Shown here: piece after piece, positions 47,329 to 57,203 of the stretch | Layout: each line of letters starts with the position of its first letter | Position numbering within the stretch: position 1 is the stretch's first letter | DNA from: an uncultured delta proteobacterium | GTDB taxonomy: Bacteria > Desulfobacterota > Desulfuromonadia > Desulfuromonadales > JACZKF01 | DNA length: 64,000 nucleotides | Direction: 5' to 3' | NCBI GenBank assembly: GCA_963816395.1 | Contig: CAWFKQ010000004.1 | Span: forward strand, 99,917 to 163,916 | Notes under the pieces: model-generated | Told to the model about the DNA's origin: nothing | Database searches by the model: none | The model's input: only the letters and a program-made list of their open reading frames with translations | Program-made: the position numbers and the translations under genes

Positions 47329-48370
47329 ATGAAGAAATTCAATGTGATCACCCTGATCCTGGGCTGCGTCCTGCTGGCCGTGCTGGTCGCCGTCACCGGG
47401 CCCGGCGCGCTGTGGCGTGATTTCTCCCGCCTCGGCTGGGGGCTGGTGCCGCTGATCCTGCTTGAAGGACTGGCCGATCTCTGCCACACCGCGGCCTGGC
47501 GCCATGCCCTGGTCGAGCCGCACCGCAGCCTGCCGTTCTGGCGGCTCTACCGTATCCGGCTGGCCGGCTCGGCGATCAATTACCTGACGCCGACCGCCTC
47601 CATCGGCGGCGAGGTCGCCAAAGGCACCCTGCTGGCGGGGAAAGACAGCGGTGCGGAAGCCGCGACCGGGGTCATCGTCGATAAGCTGGCCTTCGCCCTG
47701 GCCCAGCTTCTCTTCACCATCGCCGGTTCGCTGCTGGTGGTCGGCAGCATCACTCTGCCGCCCGGCGCCTGGCCGGCCCTGCTCGGCGCCTCACTGCTGC
47801 TCACCCTTGGGCTGTTCGGTTTTTTCCTGGTGCAGCGCGCCGGACTTCTCGGCTCGGTGGCTCGCTGGCTGGCGGCGAAACGACTGGGTGGGCGGCCGGT
47901 GGCGGCGGTCGCCGGCCAGCTGACGGCGGTGGACATGGCCATGCGTCTTTACTACCGCCGCTATCCACGCGATCTGCCGAAATCAATCGCCTGGCATTTC
48001 GCCGGATTCCTCTTCGGCATTGCCCAGGCGTGGATTTTCTTCCTCCTGGTCAGCGACCGGGCCATTTTGCGCGAGGCGGTGGGGGTGTGCGCTCTCGGGT
48101 ACTGGTTCGACATGCTGAGTTTTGCCATTCCCCTCGACTGTCGGGGTCATGGAAGGCTCACGCATCCTCATCTTTCGCCTGTTGGGATATCCCCAGTCAC
48201 TGGGACTCACTTACGGCCTGGCCCTGCGCATGGAGCAGGTATTCTGGGCCGTAGCGGGACTGGCGGCCTATGCCAGTCTGCTGGCGGGGAAGGGGAAAAT
48301 CGTGCGGAAGAAAAAGGAGACAGCCTGCCCCAGCCGGAGGGAAGCGGACGATCCCTCCAGGCCAGGGTGA
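47329..48370 (+). CDS. Lysylphosphatidylglycerol synthase TM domain / flippase-like membrane protein (one indel)
   Basis: RLAGSAINYLTPTASIGGEVAK, multiple TM helices, SFAIP..VGVMEG in a shifted frame. Confidence 0.82.
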
Positions 48371-48389
48371 GAGGAAGGGGAATCCTGCC

Positions 48390-49803
48390 ATGGTGGTAAC
48401 TGCCTGCCGGCGAGGACGAGACTGCCTGCTGCCGTCGGTCCTGGTCCTGGCCCTGCTCCTCGGTCCGGCGGCCGCCGGAAGAGCCTGGGGTGAGGCGGAA
48501 ACCGTCGTCCTCGACCTGCCGGCGCTGATCGAGCGGGCTATCGCCCACAGCCCGGAAATGGGCGAGAGCCGCGCGCGAGATGGCGGCGGCGCGCAGCGAT
48601 CTGGAACAGGCGCGCGCCGGCTACCTGCCGCGGCTGGAGCTCACCGCCGTGACCGGTCCGGCAAGGGATGCCGATGAGCCGATCATTCGCAACAACCGCA
48701 TTCACGATCCCTCCCCCGGGCTCAGCCCGGAGACGATCGGCATTTTCGGCCGTCTCGATGCGACGATCACCCAGCCCCTCTACACCTTCGGCAAGATCGC
48801 CTATCGTGAGGAGGCGGCTCGCCGGGGGCTGGTCGCCAGCGAACTGGAAGCGGCCGGCAGGGAGACCGATATCGCCCGCCGGGTGACTCGGCTCTATTAT
48901 GCGCTGGTTCTCGCCCGCAGCGGGATGCAGGCGGCCGACGAGGGGGAGGATTTCTTCGCCCAGGCGCAGCAACGGATCTCCCGCCTGCTGGAGCTGGGCG
49001 CCGCCAGCGTTCTCCCCACCGACCTCTACCGTCTGCAGGCCGCCCGGGCGGCCACCCGCAGCTCCCGCGCCGAGGCGCGCAAGGGGGCGGAACTGGCTGC
49101 CTTTGCCCTGAAGGCGCTGGCCGGCATTTCGCCGGAGGCCACCCTGATGCCGGCGGACACCGCCCTGCCGGTGCGGCAGGAGACAGTGCTTCCCCTGTCC
49201 GGGTACATCGACCGGGCGCTCGCCGAAAGGCCCGAACTGGCTCGGCTGAAGGAAGCGCTGGCGGCGCGTCGGGCCCAGGTGGAGGCGGCCCGCGCCGACC
49301 GCCTCCCTTCATTCTTTCTGGCCCTGGAAAGCTCGGTGGCGGTGGCGCCGGGGCGGGATGAAATCAACAATCCCTACATCGACGACGAGTTCAATCATGC
49401 TTATGCCGGGGTGGTCGCCGGCCTCAAATGGGATTTCGATTTCGGCGGCAGCTCGCGGGTGGCCAAGGCCCGGGCGGAGTACCAGCAACTGCGCCATACC
49501 CTGGCGGCGGCGAAGCTCAACATCCCCATCCAGGTGGCGCAGAGCTACCAGGAACTGCTGGAATGGCGAACGACCGCCGAGAGCTACGCCGAAGGCGCCG
49601 CCGCCGCCCGCCGATGGGTCGTCAGCGCCCAGTCCGATTTCGATATCGGCGTCGGCGAGGCCGGCAACCTGCTCGATGCCATCGAGAAGTACGGCGAGCT
49701 GCAGGGGAAATATCTGGGTGCCCTGTACAACTATAATCTCACCCGGGCCGAGCTGGCCTATGCGACGGGCACGGGCGGCCGGCCGGAGGACGGTAAGCGG
49801 TGA
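48390..49803 (+). CDS. TolC-family outer membrane protein (one indel)
   Basis: Signal peptide, LIERAIAHSPE, ARAGYLPRLEL, ITQPLYTFGK, ALAERPEL, ARADRLPSF, YNLTRAELAYATG. Confidence 0.88.
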
Positions 49804-52505
49804 GTCTGGCCGGCCGGGGGCTCGGCCGCCTGCTCGACCTGCAAATGCGGCGGCCGCGCCTGATCATCGCCCTGGCACTCCTGCTGGCAGCCGCGGCGCT
49901 GGTCTATACCTGGCGGCACCTGGAATTCCTCACCAGCGAGCGCGACCTGATCTCCCCGCGCGAACGGCTGGTCCATCTTTCCCGGCAACTCGATCCCTTC
50001 GCCGACCTGGACAAATTCACCGTGGTCATCGAGGGGCGCGACCCGGCACAGGCCGTGCGCTTCCTGCAGGCGCTGGTCCCCCGCCTGAAACAGGAGGGGC
50101 GTTTCCAGGAACTCTTCTACCGGGTCGATCCCGACCGCTTCCGCCCCTGGGCCCTGCTTTACCTTAACCGGCAGGAACTGGCGCAGCTGACCGGCAACCT
50201 GCGCGAGCACCGCGACCTGCTGGTCAGTCTGGAACGCTCCCCCGACCTGACCTCCCTCCTCGCCCAGATCAACCGCGCGATGGCCGAGCGCATGGTGGGG
50301 GAACTCTTCACCGGTTTTCTGGCGCCGGCGCCGACGGCGGAAAAGCCGATGGATCTCGGTTTTCTCATCCGCCTGCTGGCCGGAATGCGGGAGGCCCTGG
50401 CCGGCGGCGCCGGCTTCTCCTCCCCCTGGAGCGAGCTGCTGGCCGGCGCCCCCCTGGAGGGGGGCGCGGAAGAAGGGTACTTCTGGACCGGCGACAAGCG
50501 CTACCTGCTCTTCTTCGCCACGCCCACCGAGAGCGGCGGCGGCTTCACCGGCGGCCGCCGGACCCTGGCCGCCCTGCGCCGGGCGATCGCCGAAGAGCGG
50601 CAGGCGTTCCCGGGCCTGACGGCCGGGGTGACCGGCCAGGCCGCCCTCAATATTGACGAGATGTCCCTGACCCTGCGGGACATGAGTCTGGCCACCGGCC
50701 TCTCCCTGGCCGGTCTGGCGGCGCTGCTGTATCTCTTCTGGGGCGGCCTGCGGCGGCCGCTGCTGGAGCTCATCGAGCTGCTGATCGCTCTCGCCTGGAC
50801 CTGCGGGCTGACCACCCTGATCGTGGGTCATCTCAATATCCTTTCGGTGACCTTCGCCCCTCTGCTGCTCGGCCTGGGGATCGACTACGGCATCCACTGG
50901 CTGGCCCGCTTCCAGGAAGAGGAGGGGCGCGGCCTCTCCCGGCCCGAGGCGATCCGCAGCACCACCCTGCGGCTCGGGCCGGCCGTGCTGCTGGCGGGGC
51001 TTACCGCCGCCCTGTCCTTCTTCCCCCTGGTGCTGACCGGCTTTCGCGGGCTGGTGGAGCTGGGGATCATCACCTCCATGGGGATGCTGATGACGACGGC
51101 GACCACCCTCGGGGTGCTGCCGGCCCTCACCGTTCTCTTCGACCGCCCGGGGCGCTGGCGAGCGGAGTCCTCCCGCCCGCTGCTGCGGCTTACCGATCGT
51201 CGGGCTCTGGCCCTGCTCCTGCCCGCCCTGGCCGCTCTCGCTCTCTCTGTGTGGGGGGCGACCGGTGTGCGCTTCGACATGAATATGCTGCGGCTGCAGG
51301 CACCGAGTGCCGAATCGGTCGTCTGGGAGCGGCGGCTGCTGGTCGGCTCCGAGCATTCGAGCCTGTACGGGGCGCTTTTCGCCCGCTCCCTGCCGGAGGT
51401 GCAGCGGAAATCCCGGGAGCTGGAGAAGCTCCCCACGGTCTCGGAGGTGCAGAGCGTGCTGACCCTGCTGCCGGCGCAGCAGGCGGCGAAGCAGGCCCTG
51501 CTGGAGCCGCTGCGGCCGCTGCTCGCCGGACTCGGTCCCCTGCGGCCGGCCGGCCGGGAAGTCGACCTGCGACAGCTCGGCAACCTCCTCGGACGCATCC
51601 GCTTCAAGATGCAGGAATCGGCCGCCGCCGACTGGGGGGCGGGCAAGCCGCTGGCGGCCCAGATGGCGCGGGTGCGGGAGCTGATCGATCAGCTGGGCGC
51701 TCGCCTGCGGGAGCTGCCGGCGCCGGCTGCGGAGCAGGACCTGCGTGCCTTCCAGGCAGCGCTGTTCCGGGATCTGGACGACAAGCTGGAGCTGCTGCGG
51801 GAAAATCTGCAAAGCGGGACGATGACGGTGGCCGACCTCCCCCGGGATCTGCGGCGGCGCTTCGTCGGCCCTGGCCCGCTTTACCTGATCCGCGCTTTCC
51901 CGGCGGAAAACGTCTGGCAGCCGGCCGCCCTCGGCCGCTTCGTGGCCGACCTGCACGCCGTCGACCCGGACGCGGTCGGCGACCCGGTCACCCTGTACGT
52001 CTTCACCCGGGCCTTCCGCGACGCCTCGGTCAAGGCCGCCGCCTACGCGGTGCTCTTCATCTTCCTGCTGCTGCTGGTCACCTTCCGCAATCTCGCCGAC
52101 GCCGCCCTGGCCATGCTGCCGCTGCTGGTGGGGACGGTCTGGACAGTGGGACTGATGCGCCTCGCAGGGATCGATTTCAATCTCGCCAACAGTATTTTTC
52201 TCCCCCTGGTGGTGGGCGCCGGCGTCGAGTACGGTATCATCATCCTGCAGCGTCGGCACCAGCAGGGCGGCAGGGAGATAATCCTGCCGCTGAGCACCGG
52301 CAAGGGGGTCATTCTGGCCGGCCTGACCACCACCGTCGGTTTTGCCAGCCTGGCCATCTCCGCCCACCGGGGGATCCACAGCCTGGGGGTGCTGGCGGTG
52401 GTCGGCAGCCTGAGCATCCTGGCGGCGGCGGTGCTCCTGCTGCCGGCGGTGCTGCAGCTGACGACGCGTTTTTCCCGGGGCCGCGCCGGGAAGGAGGAGC
52501 CATGA
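49800..52505 (+). CDS. Second MMPL/RND lipid transporter, HpnN-like
   Basis: GVTGQAALNIDE, LLGLGIDYGIH, GFRGLVELGII, NLANSIFLPLVVGAGVEYGI, LTTTVGFASLAISAHRGIHSLG. Confidence 0.9.
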   Translation: MSLAGRGLGRLLDLQMRRPRLIIALALLLAAAALVYTWRHLEFLTSERDLISPRERLVHLSRQLDPFADLDKFTVVIEGRDPAQAVRFLQALVPRLKQEGRFQELFYRVDPDRFRPWALLYLNRQELAQLTGNLREHRDLLVSLERSPDLTSLLAQINRAMAERMVGELFTGFLAPAPTAEKPMDLGFLIRLLAGMREALAGGAGFSSPWSELLAGAPLEGGAEEGYFWTGDKRYLLFFATPTESGGGFTGGRRTLAALRRAIAEERQAFPGLTAGVTGQAALNIDEMSLTLRDMSLATGLSLAGLAALLYLFWGGLRRPLLELIELLIALAWTCGLTTLIVGHLNILSVTFAPLLLGLGIDYGIHWLARFQEEEGRGLSRPEAIRSTTLRLGPAVLLAGLTAALSFFPLVLTGFRGLVELGIITSMGMLMTTATTLGVLPALTVLFDRPGRWRAESSRPLLRLTDRRALALLLPALAALALSVWGATGVRFDMNMLRLQAPSAESVVWERRLLVGSEHSSLYGALFARSLPEVQRKSRELEKLPTVSEVQSVLTLLPAQQAAKQALLEPLRPLLAGLGPLRPAGREVDLRQLGNLLGRIRFKMQESAAADWGAGKPLAAQMARVRELIDQLGARLRELPAPAAEQDLRAFQAALFRDLDDKLELLRENLQSGTMTVADLPRDLRRRFVGPGPLYLIRAFPAENVWQPAALGRFVADLHAVDPDAVGDPVTLYVFTRAFRDASVKAAAYAVLFIFLLLLVTFRNLADAALAMLPLLVGTVWTVGLMRLAGIDFNLANSIFLPLVVGAGVEYGIIILQRRHQQGGREIILPLSTGKGVILAGLTTTVGFASLAISAHRGIHSLGVLAVVGSLSILAAAVLLLPAVLQLTTRFSRGRAGKEEP

Positions 52506-53102
52506 AGAGCCTGCTGTTCACTCTGGCCGCCCTGGTCGTCCTGGCGGTTCCAGCCGCGCCGGCGGCCGCTGCCAGCCCCACCGACTTCGTCCGCCACCTG
52601 CTGGATGAGGCGATGACGGTGCAGAATCGGCCGCAGCTGCAGGGGCCGGAGCACCGGCAGGAGCGGCGGGCGGCGATCGAAAAGATCATCGCGGCCAATT
52701 TCGACCGCGAGGCGATGGCCGAACAGGCCCTCGGCCCAACCTGGCAGAAGGTGCCGCCGGCGCAGCGGCGGGAGTTCCGGGAGCTTTTCCAGGATCTCTT
52801 TCTCGATTCCTATACCCGCCTGGTCCTCGATTATCTGCACCGGGAGACGGTCCTCTACCGGGGCGAGGAGGGGACCGGCGACCGGGCTCGAGTGGCGACC
52901 ACCCTGCGTCGCCCCAACGAGGAGATCCCCGTCGACTACACCCTGCAGCGGGAAAAAGCCGGCTGGCAGGTGGTGGACGTAACCATCGACGGCGTCAGCA
53001 TCGTCGACAACTATCGCCGCTCCTTCGCCCGGGTGATCGACCGCCAGTCGTTCGCCGATCCTGCTGGAAAAAATGCGGCTGCAGCGGCAGAGCCTGCAAT
53101 GA
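52502..53102 (+). CDS. MlaC/Ttg2D (HpnM-like) periplasmic lipid-binding protein (indel near the C-terminus)
   Basis: Signal peptide; FDREAMAEQALGPTW...QRREFRELF, IPVDYTL, WQVVDVTIDGVSIVDNYRRSF. Confidence 0.88.
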
Positions 53103-54320
53103 CCGCCCCGGCGGCAGCGCGCATCGCCCTGTACTGGCGGTTGTGGCGGCTCTTCCGCGAGTCTCCGGGCTACTATCTCTACCTGCTGCGCCGGCCGGCG
53201 GCGGCGCGGGTGCGGGAGTCGCTGTGCCGGGGGCGGCCGCCGGCCGCCGGCCGCTTCTTTCCCAGCCGCCTCAATCTGCGCCTGCTCTACGGCTGCAACC
53301 TGCGCTGCCGGATGTGCGGCCAGTGGGGGGAGACCGGCGCCTATCACGGCTATCCGGCGGCGAGGCGGCAGGCGCTGCTGGAAGTGGAGACGATCGACCG
53401 GGTGCTCGCCGAGCTGGTGCCGCAGGGGCTGCGGCTGGTCGACATGGAGGGGGGCGAGACGCTGCTCTATCCGCGCTTCGGCGAACTGCTGGCGCTGCTG
53501 CGCCGTCGGCGGCTGCACGTCAAGTTCGCCACCAACGGCACCCTGCTCGACCGCCACGCCGAGACGATCGTCGCCGCCGGCGTGCGCTCGGTCACCGTCT
53601 CCCTCGATGGCGACCGGGAGGTTCACGACCGCATCCGCGGCCTGCCGGGGCTTACGATCGCACCCTGGAGGGACTGCGGGCGCTGGCGGCCGCCCGGCGG
53701 CGGCTGCGGCGCGCCGGCCCGCTGGTGCAGGTGGCCTTCACCGCCAGCCGGCACAACGGCGCCGCCGCCCTGGCCGCCCTCTGCGGCGACCTGCGGGGGC
53801 GGGGGCTGGCGGACGTGGTGGAGGTCAAGCTGACGCCGGTGTTCATTCCTCCCGCGGCCGCCAACGCCTACCGGCAGCTGGCGCGGGAGTGGTTCGGGGT
53901 GGAGGAGGGGATCGTGACGCCGGACGGTTTCCGGGAGGACTACCGGGACTTCGCCGAGGAGGGGCGGCGTCTGGCGGCAACCGTCGCCGAACTGGGCCGC
54001 CAGCCCCTCGACTTCCGCCTGGAGCCGCTGCCGCACCTGCCGCCGGCCGCCGTCCCCCGCCTGTACACCGATTATTTCTGGGACCTCGGGCGGCGTCCCT
54101 GCCCGGTCCCCTACGACGAGCCGACCATCGACGCCGACGGCAACGTCTATCCGTGCAATCTCTTCACCGATCCCCCCCTGGCCATGGGCAATGTCCATGA
54201 AGCGCCGTTCCTGGAGATCTGGCACGGCCCGCGCTTCGCGCGCTTCCGCCGGATGCTCGCGCGCCGCAGGGCGGGCTGCTGCCGATCTGCTACCGCTGCT
54301 GCCAGCTGACTGAGGCCTGA
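53099..54320 (+). CDS. Radical SAM protein with SPASM/twitch domain (indels)
   Basis: CNLRCRMC, GGETLL, TNGTLL, VSLDG..EVHDRIRG, CPVPYDEPTIDADGNVYPC, GNVHEAPFLEIW, terminal CYRCC. Confidence 0.88.
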
Positions 54321-54353
54321 GGTGTCGAGAAAATTCGATTCCAGAAGAGCCGG

Positions 54354-54472
54354 TTTACCGCCCGTTCGCTGCGCTCACTCAAGCCGCAAAGAGCGCAAAG
54401 AAATTCATAAGTTAATCTGGAAAGCTAATCAGAAAAGGTTTTCTTGGCGTTCTTTGCGGCTTTGCGGTGAAA
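54354..54472. repeat. CGCAAAG-type palindromic element between convergent genes
   Basis: aagccgcaaagagcgcaaagaaa ... ttcttggcgttctttgcggctttgcggtg. Confidence 0.7.
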
Positions 54473-54481
54473 TGATCTTCG

Positions 54482-55795
54482 TCAATAGCGGTCGAAATTC
54501 TCCGCGTCCCCCCGCACCAGCCGCCGCTGGGAGAGGTTCAGCATCCAGGAGGCGACATTGCCCAGGGTCGCCGGAAAGGAGAGGCGGGCCAGCATGGAAG
54601 GCCAGCTGTAGAAGGCGCGATACAGCTCCTTGACCTGGCTTTCCAGCTCTTCGGCGCTGCAGTAGGCGGGTTGGATATGGCAGGTCAGCCCGGGCCAGCG
54701 GCCGATCCCCTCCATGTCGTGAATGCGTTCCTCCGCCAGCATGCGCTCGAACAGGGGCGTCCCCTTATGCGGGGTGAGGATGTTGAAGTAGGCCGCCGGC
54801 ACCCGGTGCTGGCGGAGAAAGGCCAGGGTGGCCGGGAAGACGTCCGGCTTTTCCGTATCCCAGCCGAAGATGAAGTTGAGAGAATAGCTGATTCCCCGCC
54901 GGCGCAGGTTGCCGAGGATCTCCTTGTGCCGGCGGATCGGATTCCCCTTCTTGTTCATCCCCGCCAGGGTCTCCCCGTCGATGCTCTCGAAGCCGATGTT
55001 CAGGTGCAGCAGGCCGCTGCGCTTAGCCAGGTCGAGCAGTTCGGTATCGGCGCACAGGGCCGCCGTCCACAGGGTCGACCAGCGGATCTTCAGGGGAATG
55101 AGCGCCTCCAGCAGTTCCCGGGTGTGTCCCGGCTGGCCGGCGAAATTGCTGTCGGCAAACAGCACATCGCGCCCTCCGCCGGCGCGGATTTCCTCGACGA
55201 TTTCCGCTGCCGGCCGATAGCGATAGCTCTGGCCGAGGAGGAAGCGTTCCGAGCAGAACTCGCAGCTCATCGGGCAGCCCCGGGAGGACTGCACGGAGTA
55301 GGTGGTGAACGGCCGCCGCCGCCGCTCGCCCAGCAGTTCGTAGCGCGGCAGCGGCAGGCCGCGCAGGTGATGCGGCTCGTCGGCCCGGTAGAAGGTCTGC
55401 AGGCGGCCGGCCGCCGCATCGGCCAGCATGCGCGGCCAGATCGTTTCCCCTTCGCCGATGCCGACGGCGTCGCAGTGAGCGGCCGCCTCCTCGGCGTAAA
55501 AAGAGGTGTGCGGCCCGCCCATGATCACCTTGATCCCGCGCCGGCGGAAACGGTCGGCGATCTCGTAGGCGTGCAGGGAATTGATGGTCCAGGTGGTGAT
55601 CGCCACCAGGTCGGCGGCGGCTTCAAAATCGATCTCCTGTACCTGCTCGTCCACCAGGGTGACCCGCCACTCCGGCGGCGTCAGGGCGGCCAGGTAGGGG
55701 AGAGTCAGGGGGATGGACTGCCGCCGGCGCGACTTGTGGAGGCGGCGGTCGGTGCGGCTGCGGAAATGGGTGGGGTGGATGATCAGCAGGTTCAT
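54482..55795 (-). CDS. B12-binding-domain radical SAM protein
   Basis: PLTLPYLAALTP, VIMGGPH, IGEGE, SRGCPMSCEFC, IGFES, FIFGWD, LTPHKGTPLF. Confidence 0.9.
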   Translation of the reverse strand: MNLLIIHPTHFRSRTDRRLHKSRRRQSIPLTLPYLAALTPPEWRVTLVDEQVQEIDFEAAADLVAITTWTINSLHAYEIADRFRRRGIKVIMGGPHTSFYAEEAAAHCDAVGIGEGETIWPRMLADAAAGRLQTFYRADEPHHLRGLPLPRYELLGERRRRPFTTYSVQSSRGCPMSCEFCSERFLLGQSYRYRPAAEIVEEIRAGGGRDVLFADSNFAGQPGHTRELLEALIPLKIRWSTLWTAALCADTELLDLAKRSGLLHLNIGFESIDGETLAGMNKKGNPIRRHKEILGNLRRRGISYSLNFIFGWDTEKPDVFPATLAFLRQHRVPAAYFNILTPHKGTPLFERMLAEERIHDMEGIGRWPGLTCHIQPAYCSAEELESQVKELYRAFYSWPSMLARLSFPATLGNVASWMLNLSQRRLVRGDAENFDRY

Positions 55796-56992
55796 GGCGA
55801 ATCTCAGGGCAGTGGATGTGGTTTGCCGGCGGCTCGCCACCCAGAGGGCGGCGGCGAAGAGATAGCTGCCGAAGGCGGCGGCGAGGAAGAACCAGTCCAG
55901 TTTGCCGATGATCGCCGTGGCCGCCACCAGGTAGGCGAAATCGCGGTTGGTCATCAGGGCGAGGAGGTGGAAGGCGCGGGAGGATTGCGCCAGCTCTTCC
56001 GGGGGCCGGCGCAGGATGCGCAGATAGACGACCAGGCCGCAAACGGCGAGTCCGCCCAGCATGAAGCCGAGAGCCGCCAGGTAAAGGTGGTCGCCGGTAG
56101 ATCGCCAGAAGCCTGCCGCCATGCCAAGGAAGACCGCCACATGCACGATGTTGTCGGTGACCAAGTCGAGATAGTGGCCGAAAGTGCTCTCCTGCAGCTT
56201 CAGCCGCGCCACTTCCCCATCCACCCCGTCGACCACCACGCAGAGCAGGAACAGGAGCGCTCCCGCCAGTTGCGCGGCATAGCCGCCCATCGCCAGGAGG
56301 GCGGCGCCGAGCAGGCCGAGGCTCATCCCGGCCAGGGTGATCGTGTTCGGGGTGACGGCGGTCCGGGCCAGGCGCCGACTGAGAAAACGGGAGAAGCGCC
56401 GGTCGAGATGGCGGGCGAGGAAGCCGTCCTCCCCAGCGGTCTGGGCGATTAGCGCCGCCAACAGGCACTCTTCCGCCTGTCGCTCCCCAGTCGGACCGGC
56501 TGCCCGCCGGCAGGGAAGGCCGCCGTCTGCCTGGACCCGCCGCACCCAGGCGGGTGGGGAGATTCCCGCCATCAGGTCGGGGAGAAGGGCCGACAGCTGC
56601 GCCGTCGGCAGCAGACAGACGGCCGCGTCCTCACCCTCCAGGCAGCGGGGGTGGGACAGGGGAGCGGCCAGGAAGCTGGTCAGGGAATGACGATCGATGA
56701 CGGTGTCGGCGCGCAGCACCAGCACTTCACTGGCCGAGGGTAAATGCCTTTTGCCGGCGCCGGGCAGGTCTTCAAGCACCGTTGCCAGCGTCGCCGGTCG
56801 GCCGACCACCTGCACCGGGAGCCCGAGCTGGTTCAGCATCATCACCAGCCGGCCGGCCGCCGGTATGCCGAAGACCGGCCGCAGTCCGGCGGCATCGGGC
56901 GCCAGCAGAAGGGCGACGCGGGGCGGCTCGGACCTCCCCCCGCCGGCTGTTTTCTCCGGTGGCGATTGCTCTGTCGGTTGCGGGTTCGTCAC
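55796..56992 (-). CDS. Second CDP-alcohol phosphotransferase with degenerate N-terminal domain (reads through into the radical SAM gene as sequenced)
   Basis: DGFLARHLDRRFSR, VTPNTIT, VVDGVDGEVARLKLQESTFGHYLDLVTD (complete signature). Confidence 0.85.
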
Positions 56993-57158
56993 GCGATTAG
57001 TTTAGGCCAATCTGTTCCGATGGCAAGCGGCCGGTCAGCGGGGGAGTAATTACGTGATCGGTTCCAGTCGGGGAGTGGCGATTGGCGGCTGCGCTATGAG
57101 GTCGGAAGCGGGATGGTCGGAATGAAGAGGGGAGAAGGGCGGGGGTGGCCGGGGCCCA

Positions 57159-57186
57159 CCCGACCGGCATGGTTGCGCCGGTCGGG
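57159..57186. other. GC-rich hairpin just downstream of the methyltransferase gene
   Basis: CCCGACCGGC-8 nt-GCCGGTCGGG perfect 10-bp stem; no clear U tract. Confidence 0.4.
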
Positions 57187-57203
57187 GAAGCACCTGATGG
57201 GAC

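Noticed and set aside
51251..53833. 860-aa ORF joining HpnM/MlaC to the radical SAM N-terminus
   Set aside because: Product of a shadow frame over the MMPL gene plus an indel near 53060; the corrected frame ends ...MRLQRQSLQ* with an ATGA overlap at 53099-53102.
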